From assembly GCA_964016885.1 (NCBI GenBank), contig OZ024742.1:67146001-67210000 (forward strand): a DNA stretch of 64,000 nucleotides, in the 5' to 3' direction. Source of the DNA: Eledone cirrhosa. Its lineage: Eukaryota. The position numbers and the translations under genes are program-made. The notes under the pieces are model-generated. The model searched no databases and was not told the origin of the DNA. It saw nothing but the letters and a program-made list of their open reading frames with translations. Shown here piece by piece: positions 42,581 through 57,277 of the stretch. Position 1 is the stretch's first letter. Each line of letters opens with the position of its first letter.

Positions 42581-43019
42581 CGAAATTTAACAAAGGAATA
42601 TAATAGACACAATCCATGGAGCTGAAAAAGCAGGGAGACGAAAGGCGGCCAAACAGTTAGCAGTTGCTAGTCCGGTTGGCCGCCTTCAATATATATATAT
42701 ACGTGTCTGTGCGTAAGTTTTAGTTAGAGTGAGTGGGGGGTACAGTAGTGTTATACTCTCTCTACATAAATCGCATGACGGACGAACAGACAGTAACTGG
42801 GTGCTAGAAAGAGCAATAAAACTTACCCGAACTCGACCTCATATTCCATTTTCGGAAAAGAATCGACAGAGAGATTGCTGGAAGACGGATGGATTAGTTG
42901 ATAAGACGAACACTTTAATTATTACCAATATTATTTAGTGTTATTAGCCGTGAACGTACAGACAGACTAACTTCATTTTTTGATAAGTATATATATATAT
43001 GTGTATATATATATATATT

Positions 43020-43141
<122 letters not shown>

Positions 43142-43259
43142 TATATATATATGTATAATATATATATATACATATATATATTATATATATCCTTTTACCT
43201 GTTACAACCACCCGACTGAGGCCATGTAATATATGCATATATAGACACCCCCCCCCCCC

Positions 43260-43299
<40 letters not shown>

Positions 43300-43505
43300 A
43301 GGAATCCTATAATGAAACGAGACGTCCGTCTGGGAAGAGATATATTCGATATGTCTCATATTAAATAATACAGTCAATTTTCCACGCAATACTTTTAGTT
43401 AGCAGCCCGAACGCATAATTGGGAATATAATCACTTATTTCCTCATGTTTGTTGAGTGAGTTGGAATTTGGCCGGAGTATCGCTAAAAAGCTTTCTCCGA
43501 TATTG

Positions 43506-43583
<78 letters not shown>

Positions 43584-44243
43584 AGTGTATATAAGTTCGC
43601 ATGCGTGACAGTGACCGTGTGTGTATCTAAGTGCGTGTCGGTGTATGTTTGTGTATTTCCTGTATGTATATATGCACCTGATATTAACGTGTAGTTAGCA
43701 AGCTGATTATGAATATTACTGCTATGTCGAATAAGATGGCGTGATTCAGCTATATATATCCTGTTAAATTCTGTCACCTTAAGAAACACCTATTATTTAA
43801 TTTTAGTTTACGTAAATTTAGCATGCCCAGTCAATGTGTGAGATCAATAATACAACGAATAGTAATTTGGACAATCATTTTAATATTTGTCACATTATAA
43901 TTAATATTAAATATATCGGTATATACTTATATATACCTATCAGGTATGTCAGTGTTCTGACTCGCGTTCTAATTACGTCAGGTTTTCCAAATTTGACAGA
44001 TGAATATTACGCAGTTACTACGGACACCATATCGCCATTTTGGTATGTCAGAAACGCCATCTGCAAGTGACACCTCATCTAGTTTTAATTTAAACTGCTT
44101 TCATTCCTAAAATAAGGTATTTGATTCTCAAATCTAAATCTTGACGAGACTGATAAGTAATCTGTCAAGTAGACTTTTCTAATGGTGACTGCATCTTTAA
44201 CTATGTACTGATCTATCTATATATTTTCACCATTCTGCCAGTG

Positions 44244-44344
<101 letters not shown>

Positions 44345-44346
44345 CG

Positions 44347-44378
<32 letters not shown>

Positions 44379-44655
44379 TGCATGTCTGTGTGTGTGTATG
44401 TGTGTGTGTGAGCTTGTATGTGACTAAACACACACGGGCTTCGCTACCGTAAATATTTTTCCATTTCTTCCTCTTCTTATACTCGTGTATCTGTCCATTT
44501 CATCTCCTATCTCTCTTTGTCTTCTGGTTAAGAGTCAATAATCTAACTTTTAAGACACTTCTATTTATATATCAAAAGTTAAAATAATATATATCATCGT
44601 TTTTCCCTCTTGCTCCACTCTGTTGTTTCCCCTTGTTGGCTCTTTGGATAGATAG

Positions 44656-44727
<72 letters not shown>

Positions 44728-44783
44728 GTATAATTATAATTATGGGAGACTTCAAAGTCTGACTATCTACATGGAAAGAGTGG

Positions 44784-44867
<84 letters not shown>

Positions 44868-44879
44868 TAACATATTTCC

Positions 44880-45700
44880 ATGTGAGTGGTCAGTGCCAAG
44901 ATGAACTTTAAAGTCTCCCAATACTTCCTCCTCGGGGTATCCATTCCATAACACATTCTCACAGCCAGGGTTTTGTGAGAATATCCACTCTATCCTGTGA
45001 AGCAATTTCCGGCACTACAACTGAATACTGGAATTTCCATCATTAGAGCAAGAGAAATTTGTTGTGGCAACCCCAACTATATATAGCCTGTAGCATCTAG
45101 CCTCATTCACTACTTATTGCTCCTTACGGGTTGTGATGTTCTACGTCCTAATTTGAAAGTTTTTTTCTCTTCCGAACTCTCTTTGGATCTTGGATACGTA
45201 GTCTTTGTGTGTCCATCCCACTCCTCGGAGGACAGGTGACATGAAATGGAGACTGCAATATATTTTACAAACAGGCTCCTCTAGCTAAGTCCTGGACAGG
45301 TCCCTTCTTATCCCGTGCAAACGACGAGGCAGTATGGTTCTTTTTCGTACCTCTCACCATAGTGCAGTTTCAGTGGTGATATTCGCGCCAGTCAGCAACC
45401 TGTTACATTCTCAAACCCGTAAAGACAAGGCTTTCTTACTGGCGGCCTTTAGTAGCCTCGTCATAACTACATTACTGGGTTATGAGTGTTTTCTTGGGAG
45501 TTACTTATGACAACCATTGTTCTAGTAGTTTAACACTGTTGGCTTGGGGTTGCTTGTCTGGTGGCTGTATCACTACCCTCCACCTGTGATGCGTTCTGTG
45601 GCAGAACAGTTCTGCCAAAAAGGAGTGACTGGAAGGAAAAAGTGACAACCAATTATGAGTGATAAAGGTGTCATCGTCGATTACGTCCTCCTGCTTGTGC
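44880..45700 (-). mobile_element. RTE-like LINE remnant (5' UTR plus APE fragment)
   Basis: VLGDFKVHLG resembles the APE motif LGDFNAH. The upstream block is GC-richer and UTR-like. Confidence 0.45.
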
Positions 45701-46409
45701 TAAAGCTAAGTATGTGACGTTTGTCACTACCTTAAAATTCATAGCAAAAGGCCTTCAATTTTATTTTCATAAACATAACGTATATTATTAAATATACAAT
45801 CCCTACATTCATATGTTTATAGCTTTTTCGGAGCACCAATCAAACATTTTATTTGATGTTGGGCCGGTTAACAAAGGATGTTGGGCCGGTATACAAACGA
45901 GTTTCAACATAAGCGGAATTCTTACCATCAGCAAATCCGGAGAATTATTTTGTCTTGACAACTACTTGCTAGGTTTGTGACATTCGTCACAACCCTAAAA
46001 TTCAAAGCAAAAGCTTTCGAATGTTGTTTCATATATATATACTTTAATATATATGTATATAAGTATATATGCATGCATACGCCTATATATAATATGTGTG
46101 TATGTGTGTGTGAAGGCGCGTAGCTGGGTGGTTAGCGAATTGGATTAGTAATCGTGTGGTTGTGATTTTGATTCCCGGCCCAGGTGATGCGTTATATCCT
46201 TGAGCAAGTCACTTTATTTCACGTTGCTCCTTCTGCCTGAATTTGCGACCGACAGATAGTATTAGCGATTGGAAAGACGAATGCAAACATTGCTTCATGA
46301 TTTGACGAGCTCCTTCCAACTCGTTAAGCGAATGAGGTCTGGGATCTTTTAGATCGACTGCCGATATAATATATATAAATGTATATATCAGGGACGTAGG
46401 GTGCGTGCA

Positions 46410-46474
<65 letters not shown>

Positions 46475-46479
46475 GACGC

Positions 46480-47245
46480 ACTCAAAACAAAATGCCTGTT
46501 GAGGAAAGTGATATCCTTGTTCGATCATTATACCAAAGGCTTATTTTTGTCGCAGAAACCCTATATCGGATTTTACTATCATTTCCTAAAGGTTCGGGTA
46601 AATATTTCAATCATATCTTATTTTGTTTCACCCGCTTAGCTTGCTCGCTATTTTGGCTTAGGTGGTTATGGCTTCTTAACCATCGTCTCAGTTTTGTATG
46701 GCCTTTTTAACATGTTTATAGCTCTGGTATATTCATATCCACTGAGCACTCGCCAACACAATTCGGAAGTTGCACAGTGGATTGGCAATATTGGTAGAGG
46801 GTCGGACGCCATGCTTTCCAGCATAGTTACGTCCCTTTACGATCTGATTTCAAATCCCGCCGAGGTTGACTTTGCCTTTCATTTTTACGGGGTCGATAAA
46901 ATAAAGTACCAGTAATGTACTGGGTAATTGGTGACCTTGTGCCTAAAGTAGAAACAATTATTGATTTAGGTGTCGTAGAAACCCTATATCGGATTTTACC
47001 ATCATTCCCTAAGGTTCGGGTAAATATTTCAATCATATCTTATTTTGTTTCACCCGCTTAGCTTGCTCGCCTTTTTGGCTTAGGTGGTTAATGGCTTTTT
47101 AACCATCGTCTCAGTTTTTTATGGCCTTTTTAACTTACGTTTATAGCTCTGGTATCTTCATATCCACTGAGCGCTCGTCAACACAATTCGGAAGTTGCGT
47201 TTCGCTAATTTCTACTCGCCGAAATGCGATTCTCGCTAAATTTAT
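46480..47245 (+). repeat. Unclassified repeat in two tandem copies split by a SINE 1 (46780-46962); inverted copy at 61740-62100
   Basis: Shared agaaaccctatat.ggat.tta...aaccatcgtctc.g...gccgaaatgcgattctcg. Confidence 0.75.
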
Positions 47246-47250
47246 ATGCA

Positions 47251-48118
47251 TATGCATTTCAGGCTCAACTGGCATTCGTCAGGACGGTCCCTCCCACCGC
47301 TTGCGAGTGCTGGACTAGAAGACAGGCGAGAAAATATACTTTTCTCGTCTGTGTAAATGTGGTGATTAATCTCATTTGCATATGAAGCTGCATAAGTTGG
47401 CTCAACTTATAATAAAAAAGAAATAGGATTTCGCTTCAAGCATAGCTTTATACAATATGTATAGATATTTCGTATCTCCAAAGAGATACGGTTTTAGGAA
47501 GCCGTAGCTATGCAATTACCGGGGTCTAACGCCCTCTGCTGATGTCCAGCAGAAGCAAGGGGGACAACCGCCTATGCATTTCAGGCTTAACTGGCCTTCG
47601 TCGGGACGGTCCCTCCCACCGCTTGCGACTGCTCACTAGAAAACAGGGGGGAAAATATACTTTTCTCGTCTGTGTAAATGAGGTGGTTAATCTCATTTGC
47701 ATATGAAGCTGCATAAGTTGGCTCAACTTATAATAAAAAACAAATAGGATTTCGCTTCAAGCATAAATATTTCGTATCTCCAAAGAGATACGGTTTTAGA
47801 AGCCGTAGCCATGCAAACACCGGGGGGCTAACGCCCTCTGGTGATGTCCAGCAGAAGCAAGGTGGACAACCGTTTATACATATTGTATAAAGCTATGCTT
47901 GAAGCGAAATCCTATTTCTTTTTTATTATAAGTTGAGCCAAGATATGCAGCTTCATATGCAAATGAGATTAATTACCTCATATACACAGACGAGAAAAGT
48001 ATATTTTCTCGCCTGTCTTCTAATCCAGCAGTCGCAAGCGGTGGAAGGGACCGTCTGACGAAGGCCAGTTAAACCTGAAATGCATAGACGGTTGTCCCTA
48101 TTTGCTTCTGCTGGACAT
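47251..48118 (-). mobile_element. Retrozyme-like array: two tandem monomers (322 and about 302 nt) plus an inverted partial third, each with a hammerhead
   Basis: Consensus accguc-CUGACGA-aggc(caguuaa)gccu-GAAA-ugc-AUA-gacggu at 47251-47288 (-), 47567-47610 (-) and 48050-48092 (+). Non-coding. Confidence 0.85.
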
Positions 48119-48129
48119 GTGTGCACGGA

Positions 48130-48183
<54 letters not shown>

Positions 48184-48711
48184 TCGTGCACACATGTAAA
48201 CGATTTTTGACAACGTATATGTGTGTATACGTGGAACATGATTTATGCGTAAGAAGTGTAATCAAATGCAAGCTAGACAAAAATTCTGAATATTCATTTT
48301 TGAATATAATAATTAAATGGTAATTAAAGGCATTGAAATCAGGGTATAATACAGCACATCGTTGGGATTTTAATATCAAATACGCAAATTTACGCTGTCT
48401 TTCACGTTCAATGAAATTAATATCGTTTTACTCAACGTTATGGGAGTATATATTTAATTTAAAGGGTATATATATATAAATTAGACAAAGTCACAGATAC
48501 ATATATGCGTTTGGCAACCATTCACGGTGTGGCTCAATGAAGAATTAATTAAATAATTATTAATCAGAGCAATTTATAAAAATGTAAGTCCAAAGAATCA
48601 TTAGATAAAATATATACAGTATTTTCTCTCCTAATCAGTATAAATTAACCATACAAAAAATCTTTTAAACGAGGCTATTAATTTAAAATGTACTTATGAA
48701 GAAATAATTGA

Positions 48712-48897
48712 TCTACGTTAGGCACAAGGCCAGCAATTACCGAGTGCATTACTGGTACTTTATTTTATCGACCCCTTAAGGATGAAGGGCAAAGTTGACC
48801 TTGGCCGGATTTGAACTCAGAATGGCAAGGCCCGTTACTCTATACGTCAAAGCATGGCGTCCGACCCTCTACCAATACTGCCAAACCATCGCCCTTA
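48712..48897 (-). mobile_element. SINE family 1
   Basis: actggtactttattttatcgaccc...aaagttgaccttggccggatttgaactcag. Confidence 0.85.
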
Positions 48898-48996
48898 TGA
48901 AGAACTAATATAGTAATAATAATAAATGTGAAGACTAAAATCCGAAAATATGTATATATATCCATATATATATATGCATACACATATATATATATA

Positions 48997-49093
<97 letters not shown>

Positions 49094-49100
49094 GTTTATG

Positions 49101-49137
<37 letters not shown>

Positions 49138-50299
49138 GCCACTTAATGAATTTCTGCCCTCAACACCCGGCAGCCCTTTGCTGCCAACATCTGGGCTCGC
49201 AAAACCATAAGAACATCACCGGCTTAAACCCAGGCAGCCAAATCAAAATCTGAAGCGGAAGTGTCAACACCAACAAAAACAACAACAACAACAAGAACAC
49301 CACCAGCTGAAGCAGCAATGACAACTCCATGACTAACATCATTGCCACTAGTATCAACTGAACCACCTGAACAAACAACATACTACAAAACAAAACACCC
49401 GATGGTCTGTCAGAAAAGCTCTCCTATACAGCCACATAAACACAAACGCATCTCCACTAACATCGGAAACAGGCACCACGACCGCCACTTCACGAAGTAA
49501 AGTTGATGAGAACAGCCCAAAAGCGAAACAAGAGGCAGAAACGAAAACACATGACAAAAGCAACTGGCATTACACACACTACATCAAACGCAGACACCGC
49601 ACATTCAACAAATACTGACACATCCATAACAACTCAAACACCACCAATACCACATCCACTAACTTTACCAACGCTACCACCAGCAGCACAACAAAATAAA
49701 CGAAACACGTACAGCAAACAACGCCACATACAGAAAAATAATTCTTACTAGCACGGAGTAAAAAGATTGAGAAAGAAGACAAATTTTTGGCACCAGCACA
49801 TTTATAATTCCTGAATCTCAAATGATGGTAAGGATGTCGTAGGCTGGCTTCAAAGCATTAGTGAAATATTTCCGCATGACCTGAGGATCACTTTTGAGGG
49901 CGCCCAGTAGGCTTTTAAAAAGGTTCCCAAAAGAGACCCACCAAAAATGGAGATTGGACCACACGACCTTCAACTGTACCCGGCGGGTAAATACCCATCT
50001 CCATTATTTCTATTGAATAACCAGTCAGGATGCCAATTATGACAGTACGAATGTTAAATGTTCATGGCATGGGATCCTCCAGGAAGTACGGCTGATAGAA
50101 AAAATAGAAAGGCGACGGTGTTAGTAGCTAAATTTAAAGATGTGATTAGATGTGGAATTGTAACCACCATGCTATCGGCGAGAATGGCATTACACCATTT
50201 CTTCAATGGGAAGTGCAAAACTATCAGTGTCGATGGGCTGTCCCTATGAGTTTTACGTAATTCTCCGATCTCCTCAAAGCCGATCTCTGCAACTGACCA

Positions 50300-50540
50300 C
50301 AGATATGGAGTATTTCCATTTGTGTGAGTCGGGTTGTAGGAACGCTGATGATAAAAAAGAACAAGATAACTTTTGGCCCATAAATCTGCAAAACACAGAG
50401 TTTAAGATTTTAGCCTGTGATAGCTGTGATAGATGGTGGCTATTGTCGAGAACCTGGTTAGGAGGTGCAGATATGAACAAGCAAACCAGGTCGATGCGTG
50501 ACAACTCCACTCCATGCGATATATCAGAGAGAGGGAGTAT
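50300..50540 (+). pseudogene. L1/Tx1-like RT fragment (another possible piece at about 52790-52900)
   Basis: DNFWPINLQNTEFKILA resembles NWRPITLLNTDYKILA. FQGECFATLLYIL resembles RQGCPLSxLLY. Confidence 0.5.
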
Positions 50541-50554
50541 ACCTGGCTCGGCAG

Positions 50555-50752
50555 AGTGTCAGGCAACATACTTTGTGGCATAGAGTTTCAGCCCTTCACC
50601 TTCTTAGTTCAAGTCTCGTCGAGGTTAGCTTTGCCTTTCATCCTTACGGGGTCGATGAAATAAAGCATCAGTGAGTACTGAGGTCGATTTAATTGAAGTT
50701 CCCCCTCCTCTTCAAATTGCTGGCCTTGTGCTTAAAGTGGAAACAATTATAT
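50555..50752 (+). mobile_element. SINE family 1
   Basis: ctttgcctttcatccttacggggtcgatgaaataaag...ggccttgtgc. Confidence 0.85.
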
Positions 50753-50796
50753 TTAGCAGCAGCAGCAACAACACTAGATACATCAGCAGCAGTAGT

Positions 50797-50833
<37 letters not shown>

Positions 50834-51494
50834 CAGTAGCAGCAGCAGTTGGTAGAAATTGCTTAAGGATATCAGAAACCCAGCAGAAAAACCGTTACAA
50901 TGTTTTAAACACGTTTATTGGAAATATTCTTATTTTTCATTTCCAGAAAGATTACAAAACTATTTGGATACAAACGTCGTTCGTCTGTTGATCTCTAACG
51001 TCACGAAACACCATTAATGGATTCATTCAACTAGATGTTTAACTATACATTAACCACTAAAGAGGCCAGGCCTTTTATTGCATATGTGTAAACCATGAAT
51101 ATAAATCGAGTTAAACGATTTTTATCCAGTTCTCTCAAAATGCTTTTAAGGAAATACCTCACTGAATGATAGGCTCTTGTGTTATAACAAATTCCATAGT
51201 CTATCTATTGATATCACAGTTCAATATACGGCGTTGATAATGTATCCATAATTATAAATGCCTGCTATTTAAATATGCTTAAAACGTTAAATAGATATCG
51301 TTAGTTTTATATGTGCGTGAGATATTGTAAATACGTGAAACACGTGTAGTGAGGATTAACAACATACGCCTGAGTGGTTTGCTTATTCTAGCTAAAGATA
51401 AAATGTTTTTTTTGTTTATGCCGCAAGTGCAAGGAAACATTATATAGCAACATACCAACGTAGCATGATAATGGATGTGTTGCACACTAATATG

Positions 51495-51579
<85 letters not shown>

Positions 51580-51705
51580 GCATACATATATATATATATA
51601 TACCATATATATATATATATACATATAGCATACATATATATATATATATACCATATATATATATATATACATATAGCATACATATATATATATATATATA
51701 TATAC

Positions 51706-51791
<86 letters not shown>

Positions 51792-51821
51792 GCATACATA
51801 TATATATATACCATACATATG

Positions 51822-51854
<33 letters not shown>

Positions 51855-52040
51855 TGGTAAAAGGAAAAGAAAATGCTGACAAATTGTTCCCAGTGAAAAA
51901 TAGTTTAATTAGGAATAAGTAAAAATTAGTAATGGTATTGGTTAGTATTCAGTTTTAGTTTTAAGTTTTACCGGTTGCGCATTTCTAATGCTTTTCAAAA
52001 ATAATTTTGAGATAGAGCGCCCGTGATGTTTGCTCTAATC

Positions 52041-52089
<49 letters not shown>

Positions 52090-52096
<7 letters not shown>

Positions 52097-52240
52097 TAAC
52101 AGATTAAAGTTTAAGCAAAGGAACGCTGCTTTCACCCTTAATGGGATCTTCTGAAACTAACAAAGTCAATCTGTAAACGCAGATACTAATTTATCCTTAT
52201 CGAGCCCTCTTTGGATTTTAGTCTTCAAATTTATTATTAT

Positions 52241-52245
<5 letters not shown>
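52090..52245. mobile_element. PLE family A pLTR end (minus strand, HHR 52108-52158) joined to an inverted tail
   Basis: Matches 11360-11452, then 13030-13085. Confidence 0.85.
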
Positions 52246-52302
<57 letters not shown>

Positions 52303-52305
<3 letters not shown>

Positions 52306-52535
52306 TATATATACGTACATACTTATATGTATACAGACGTACAGTAGTATGTATATATATACATACATGCACACATATATATATGTACGTATGGATTTAA
52401 CGAGAATTTATTATAATGCTCTGTTTGTTTGTAAACAAACATCCCAAATTAAGCCGTACAGTGTTTAGCAACCATCGTTGGCCCTTTGTTCAACACTAAC
52501 AAATTGTCAGTGTTGAACAAAAGGCCAACGATGGC
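52303..52535 (-). repeat. Truncated, folded-back copy of the 63500-63940 HHR element
   Basis: Direct match to 63510-63758, ending in hairpin ccatcgttggcc...ggccaacgatgg. Confidence 0.75.
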
Positions 52536-53424
52536 ATTGGCACGGGATATTTGGAGCACTGAGGAATTGGAGGAATTGATGATGGAAGATCTGGATAATC
52601 TACATCAGCAGCACTCTTTTCTTTCCGCCGCTTGCTAACATCCACCATGCAAGAAAAGCAGTTTGTGGCGTGGTCTGTTGGCTCTAACCAGACCCGTGAG
52701 TTGGAAAATTTAAGGGACCTTTTCTCAACTCGCAGCCACCCTTCCAGCGTCTTCTTACAGTGCTCACAACAGTAGTGAGGGGCCCAGGGCTTGTCCTACT
52801 CCCCAACTCGCATCCCGAAGTACTTCTCGTAGGCTTCACAAACCTCCACCGACGTTTCCAAGGAGAATGTTTTGCCACTCTTCTTTATATACTCACCGCA
52901 TATAAAACAGAAAGAGTTGGGGTGGTGCCGGCAGCCTCTTGAAGCCATTTTAAAAATATAGAAAAACATGCAGTCAGAAAATATAGATCTTATAGATTTG
53001 AAAGTATAAATAAAAACATGTTAAATGAACATACATGCATAAAATAAGTAGGGTAATTCAGGCTAATGTCATCAAATTTTGAAAACAAAAATGAATATTT
53101 AGCACCAAATTGCAGTGCAGTTCAATGAAGGAAATGTTTAATTACAAGTCTAATGTCATGATCGAAACCTAAAATACTAAATAAATTTGATATGCAATAC
53201 AAAATAAATATTGGAAAAGGAAATACTTATTTAAACAATATGAAAGAATTTTTACAAACCCCAACTTTTAACTGTTTACTAGCACATTTTTTATTTGTTT
53301 GGGACTTAAGCAACACAAAAATGCGATTACAAGCCAGGAACAGAGAAAAAAAGTGTTTTGTTAGACGAATTACCTAGAAGCTACTAACTTTAGTAGTATG
53401 CTCTCGGTGGTTCTAAAAATAGAT

Positions 53425-53565
<141 letters not shown>

Positions 53566-55294
53566 TCAAGTACAAGGGCATTTGCCTGCGATTTAGGTAT
53601 TATCAAATGATCTACTAGTGGCAAGCTTGAAAATAAATAATATATTTCATTTGCTCGCGTCATGATTGTATGAACAGTTAACGTGTGACTAGAGTTTGTC
53701 CCTGAAATCTGCGGGCTGGAGAAAAATTCTCACAAGTATAAAAACAATATATCTCTCTGATAATGTGAGGAGAAAAGTCTAACAAGCAAACTGAGACAGT
53801 TAAATTTTAAAATCCTCAGTGTTGGACAAAGAGAATGAATTCGACGATGCATATCTTATCAATTTCTCGTAATTATTTTTGCATATTACTTTGAAATTTA
53901 AACAAGTCCTGTTTACCTGTCAACATTCAAATATGAAGTTGCTTAATACCGTTTTGCCTACCTGTTCTAGCAGTTCGAGCATTTGTGTATATGTATCATA
54001 AACGCCAACTTTGCATTGATAGACATCGAATTATATATAGTAAAACAAAATTTGTAGAATGGAGTATAAACACACCAAAAGCTTTCTTATTGAGAAAACA
54101 ATTACATTGCAAAAGTAAGTATTTATTCGGTTAGTAAATATGCCACTCCTAAGAACTCAACAACACCATACAAATACGATAAAATAGCTGCGAGTGATCA
54201 GCATTAGCAAGTCCTTGAAACACAATATCTTTAAATGCTGCGCATACATAGTGAATGTTATCTCAAACTATATAAAAACGAACTGTAAAGAAGATAATTG
54301 AATAGTAAAAAGATCCACTATCCAGAACAGAATATTTTCACTGACATCACAAATCACTTAACAAATATTGCAACTACTAAGGCAACCAGTATTATCAGAA
54401 ACAACACCAATCCTAACACGATAGCATCAAACATTCTCTGAAATCAGGCATTTATTTTGAAAGCCACATAGGTCGATGTGTACCACTATATGATATATTT
54501 GAAATACAATGTAATGGCTGACAAAACGTTGAAGCCATGTCTGCTCGATCAAAGTTAATAAAAGCATAAATATATTTTACCACAAAAACACTTAACTAAA
54601 ACATCAGTCAGTCCAATACCAACACAGACTTTATTAACATGACAATTAAGAATATGAATACCATCATCCCCAACAAAATGAACAAAAGCAGAATAAAGAT
54701 TAACCACGACAGTACTACCCCTACCACTATGAGTTAAATACCACAAACACATTATATATATCTCTCAGACCAACGCTATCAACACTACCACATTTAAAAA
54801 TATCAAAGCCATTATTCCCCAGTCGCAATAGAAGTAAAAGTTGTAAGATCAACATAAGTATCACCACCTCTACATCATCCATACCACCAGTACCCACATA
54901 CCCAACACCACTAGCAGAAACAACAACCCTATCACCGTAGCCCATAGCTCACCCCATCTACAAAACTAATAGCAACATCAATTCAGCTATTTCTGAATCC
55001 GCAACACTAACGCTTACAGATCCACTCCATCATATACATATATTGCCACCATCACCCCCATCAGCACCACCACCAACATAAAGATAAAGATCTGAGTGAT
55101 TGATGGTAAAGCTGCAATGAAGCAGTGAGATATTTTTGATATCGCTTCACTAGTTTTTTCTTGTAGACATTATACGTGAGATACGACCAAACTTAATAGT
55201 TTTGCCTCATTAAACACTAATTGAGCATAATTGCATAGAGCTACACGTTAAAAGAAGGGCTACTTGATTTATTCTTAAATTTTTGTTACTGTCG

Positions 55295-55348
55295 CTTCTT
55301 CTTCTTCTTCTTCTTCTTCTTCTTCTTCTTCTTCTTCTTCTTCTTCTT

Positions 55349-55433
<85 letters not shown>

Positions 55434-55793
55434 TTTTTCTTATTCTTATTCTTCTTCTTCTTCTTCTTCTACTTCTTCTTCTTCTTCTTCTTTTTCTTCT
55501 TATTTATCGATTCTTTCCTTTCTAGTTTCTCTTTTATTTCACATCTCTAAGCACACTTCCTGTATCAATTACCAATTCTTCCTCTTTCTCCCTATATACC
55601 TCTCCACCGATCCACCCATTTGTTATTCTTATTTACTGCACTGATTCTATTTTTTTACACTCTCTTTCTCTTCATTTCCTTCTTAATATAAATTTTCTCC
55701 TTCGTTTCCACATTTATTGTTTATTCCTTTCACAGAACTCATATAGAAGTATTACAGCAACAACAACAGCAACAACAGCAGCAGTAGCCGCAA

Positions 55794-55839
<46 letters not shown>

Positions 55840-56313
55840 GGTGGTGGTGGTGGTGGTGGTGGTGGTGGTGGTGGTGGTGGTGGTGGTAGTAGTGGTAGTG
55901 GTAATAGTAGTAGTTGTAGTAGTTAAAAATAGCAATAATCATAAATCAATTGTAATTACAGATGTTAAAGATATACTTATATATATATATATACATGGCC
56001 AGTAGAATTGCAGCGACATCATCAGTTGTATTGCATAACAGTTATAAAGGAATTATATATATATTGCATTGTGCCATTTACTCATTTATATTATAAGTTC
56101 TATTATGTTCCGTTTTTCTGAAAGCAGATGATTCTTTTCTAGTATTAGAGACTATAACTACGTCTGTGTTTGTTGATGCTACAACGGTCATTGTTGTTGG
56201 TGGTGTCCTTGTAGTTGTTGTCGACAATGTTTTTGTCGGTGATGTTGCGAATGGTGGTTTTGATTTTCATTGTTTAGTTCATATTCTAGTTTTCGTTTCG
56301 GTAATACTAGAAT

Positions 56314-56376
<63 letters not shown>

Positions 56377-56388
56377 CAGCAGCAGCAT

Positions 56389-56445
<57 letters not shown>

Positions 56446-56460
56446 CAGCAGCAGCAACAG
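55295..56460. repeat. Cluster of trinucleotide microsatellites: (CTT)n, (ATT)n, (CAG)n, (GGT)n, (AGT)n
   Basis: Seen directly in the sequence. Confidence 0.9.
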
Positions 56461-57084
56461 AACGTTTTTTTAATGTAGAAACTGTTGTTATTATTGGAAT
56501 TCATATAACATTTCTGATGATAGGTTTAGTGGTGGAGGTATTAATGTTATTTTATACACTAGTATGGGTTGTTGTTCCACTCAATGATTTAAATAACATA
56601 ACAGTACATGTGTATGAACATCATTCTGTAAATTAAACCAATTGGAAACAATGTTTTATTAATAAGGTAATATAAATAATTCAGGATTTCATGAATTTTA
56701 TATATATTTTGTTTAATCGTTAACGATGAGAAAATAATTGGGTAAGTACATACAAGCATACACACATATGTACACATACGCTCACTTAACCAATATATAT
56801 ATATATATATATACTTTATATAATCATTTATATAATATACCTTATATAATTTAGAGTTATTTCCTCATAGTTGTTCACAGTTAAAATTGACAAATACGTT
56901 ATATATTTACTCCCATAATTATTAAGTTATTATAATTAACCATATGCATTAGTAGCTTATAATATACTATAATACAATACATTATTTATATAAGCCAATA
57001 TAATTAGATTCACATTCTTAAAATATATGTTAAAATATATATGTATTGTTACGAGATTGTTCTACGCTCATCTATATATATAAG

Positions 57085-57277
<193 letters not shown>

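Noticed and set aside
47440-47510. Second hammerhead in the 322-nt monomer (hairpin followed by GAAA)
   Set aside because: No CUGANGA-like strand.
56166-56636. 156-aa poly-Val ORF and similar poly-Leu/Thr ORFs
   Set aside because: Trinucleotide microsatellite artefacts.
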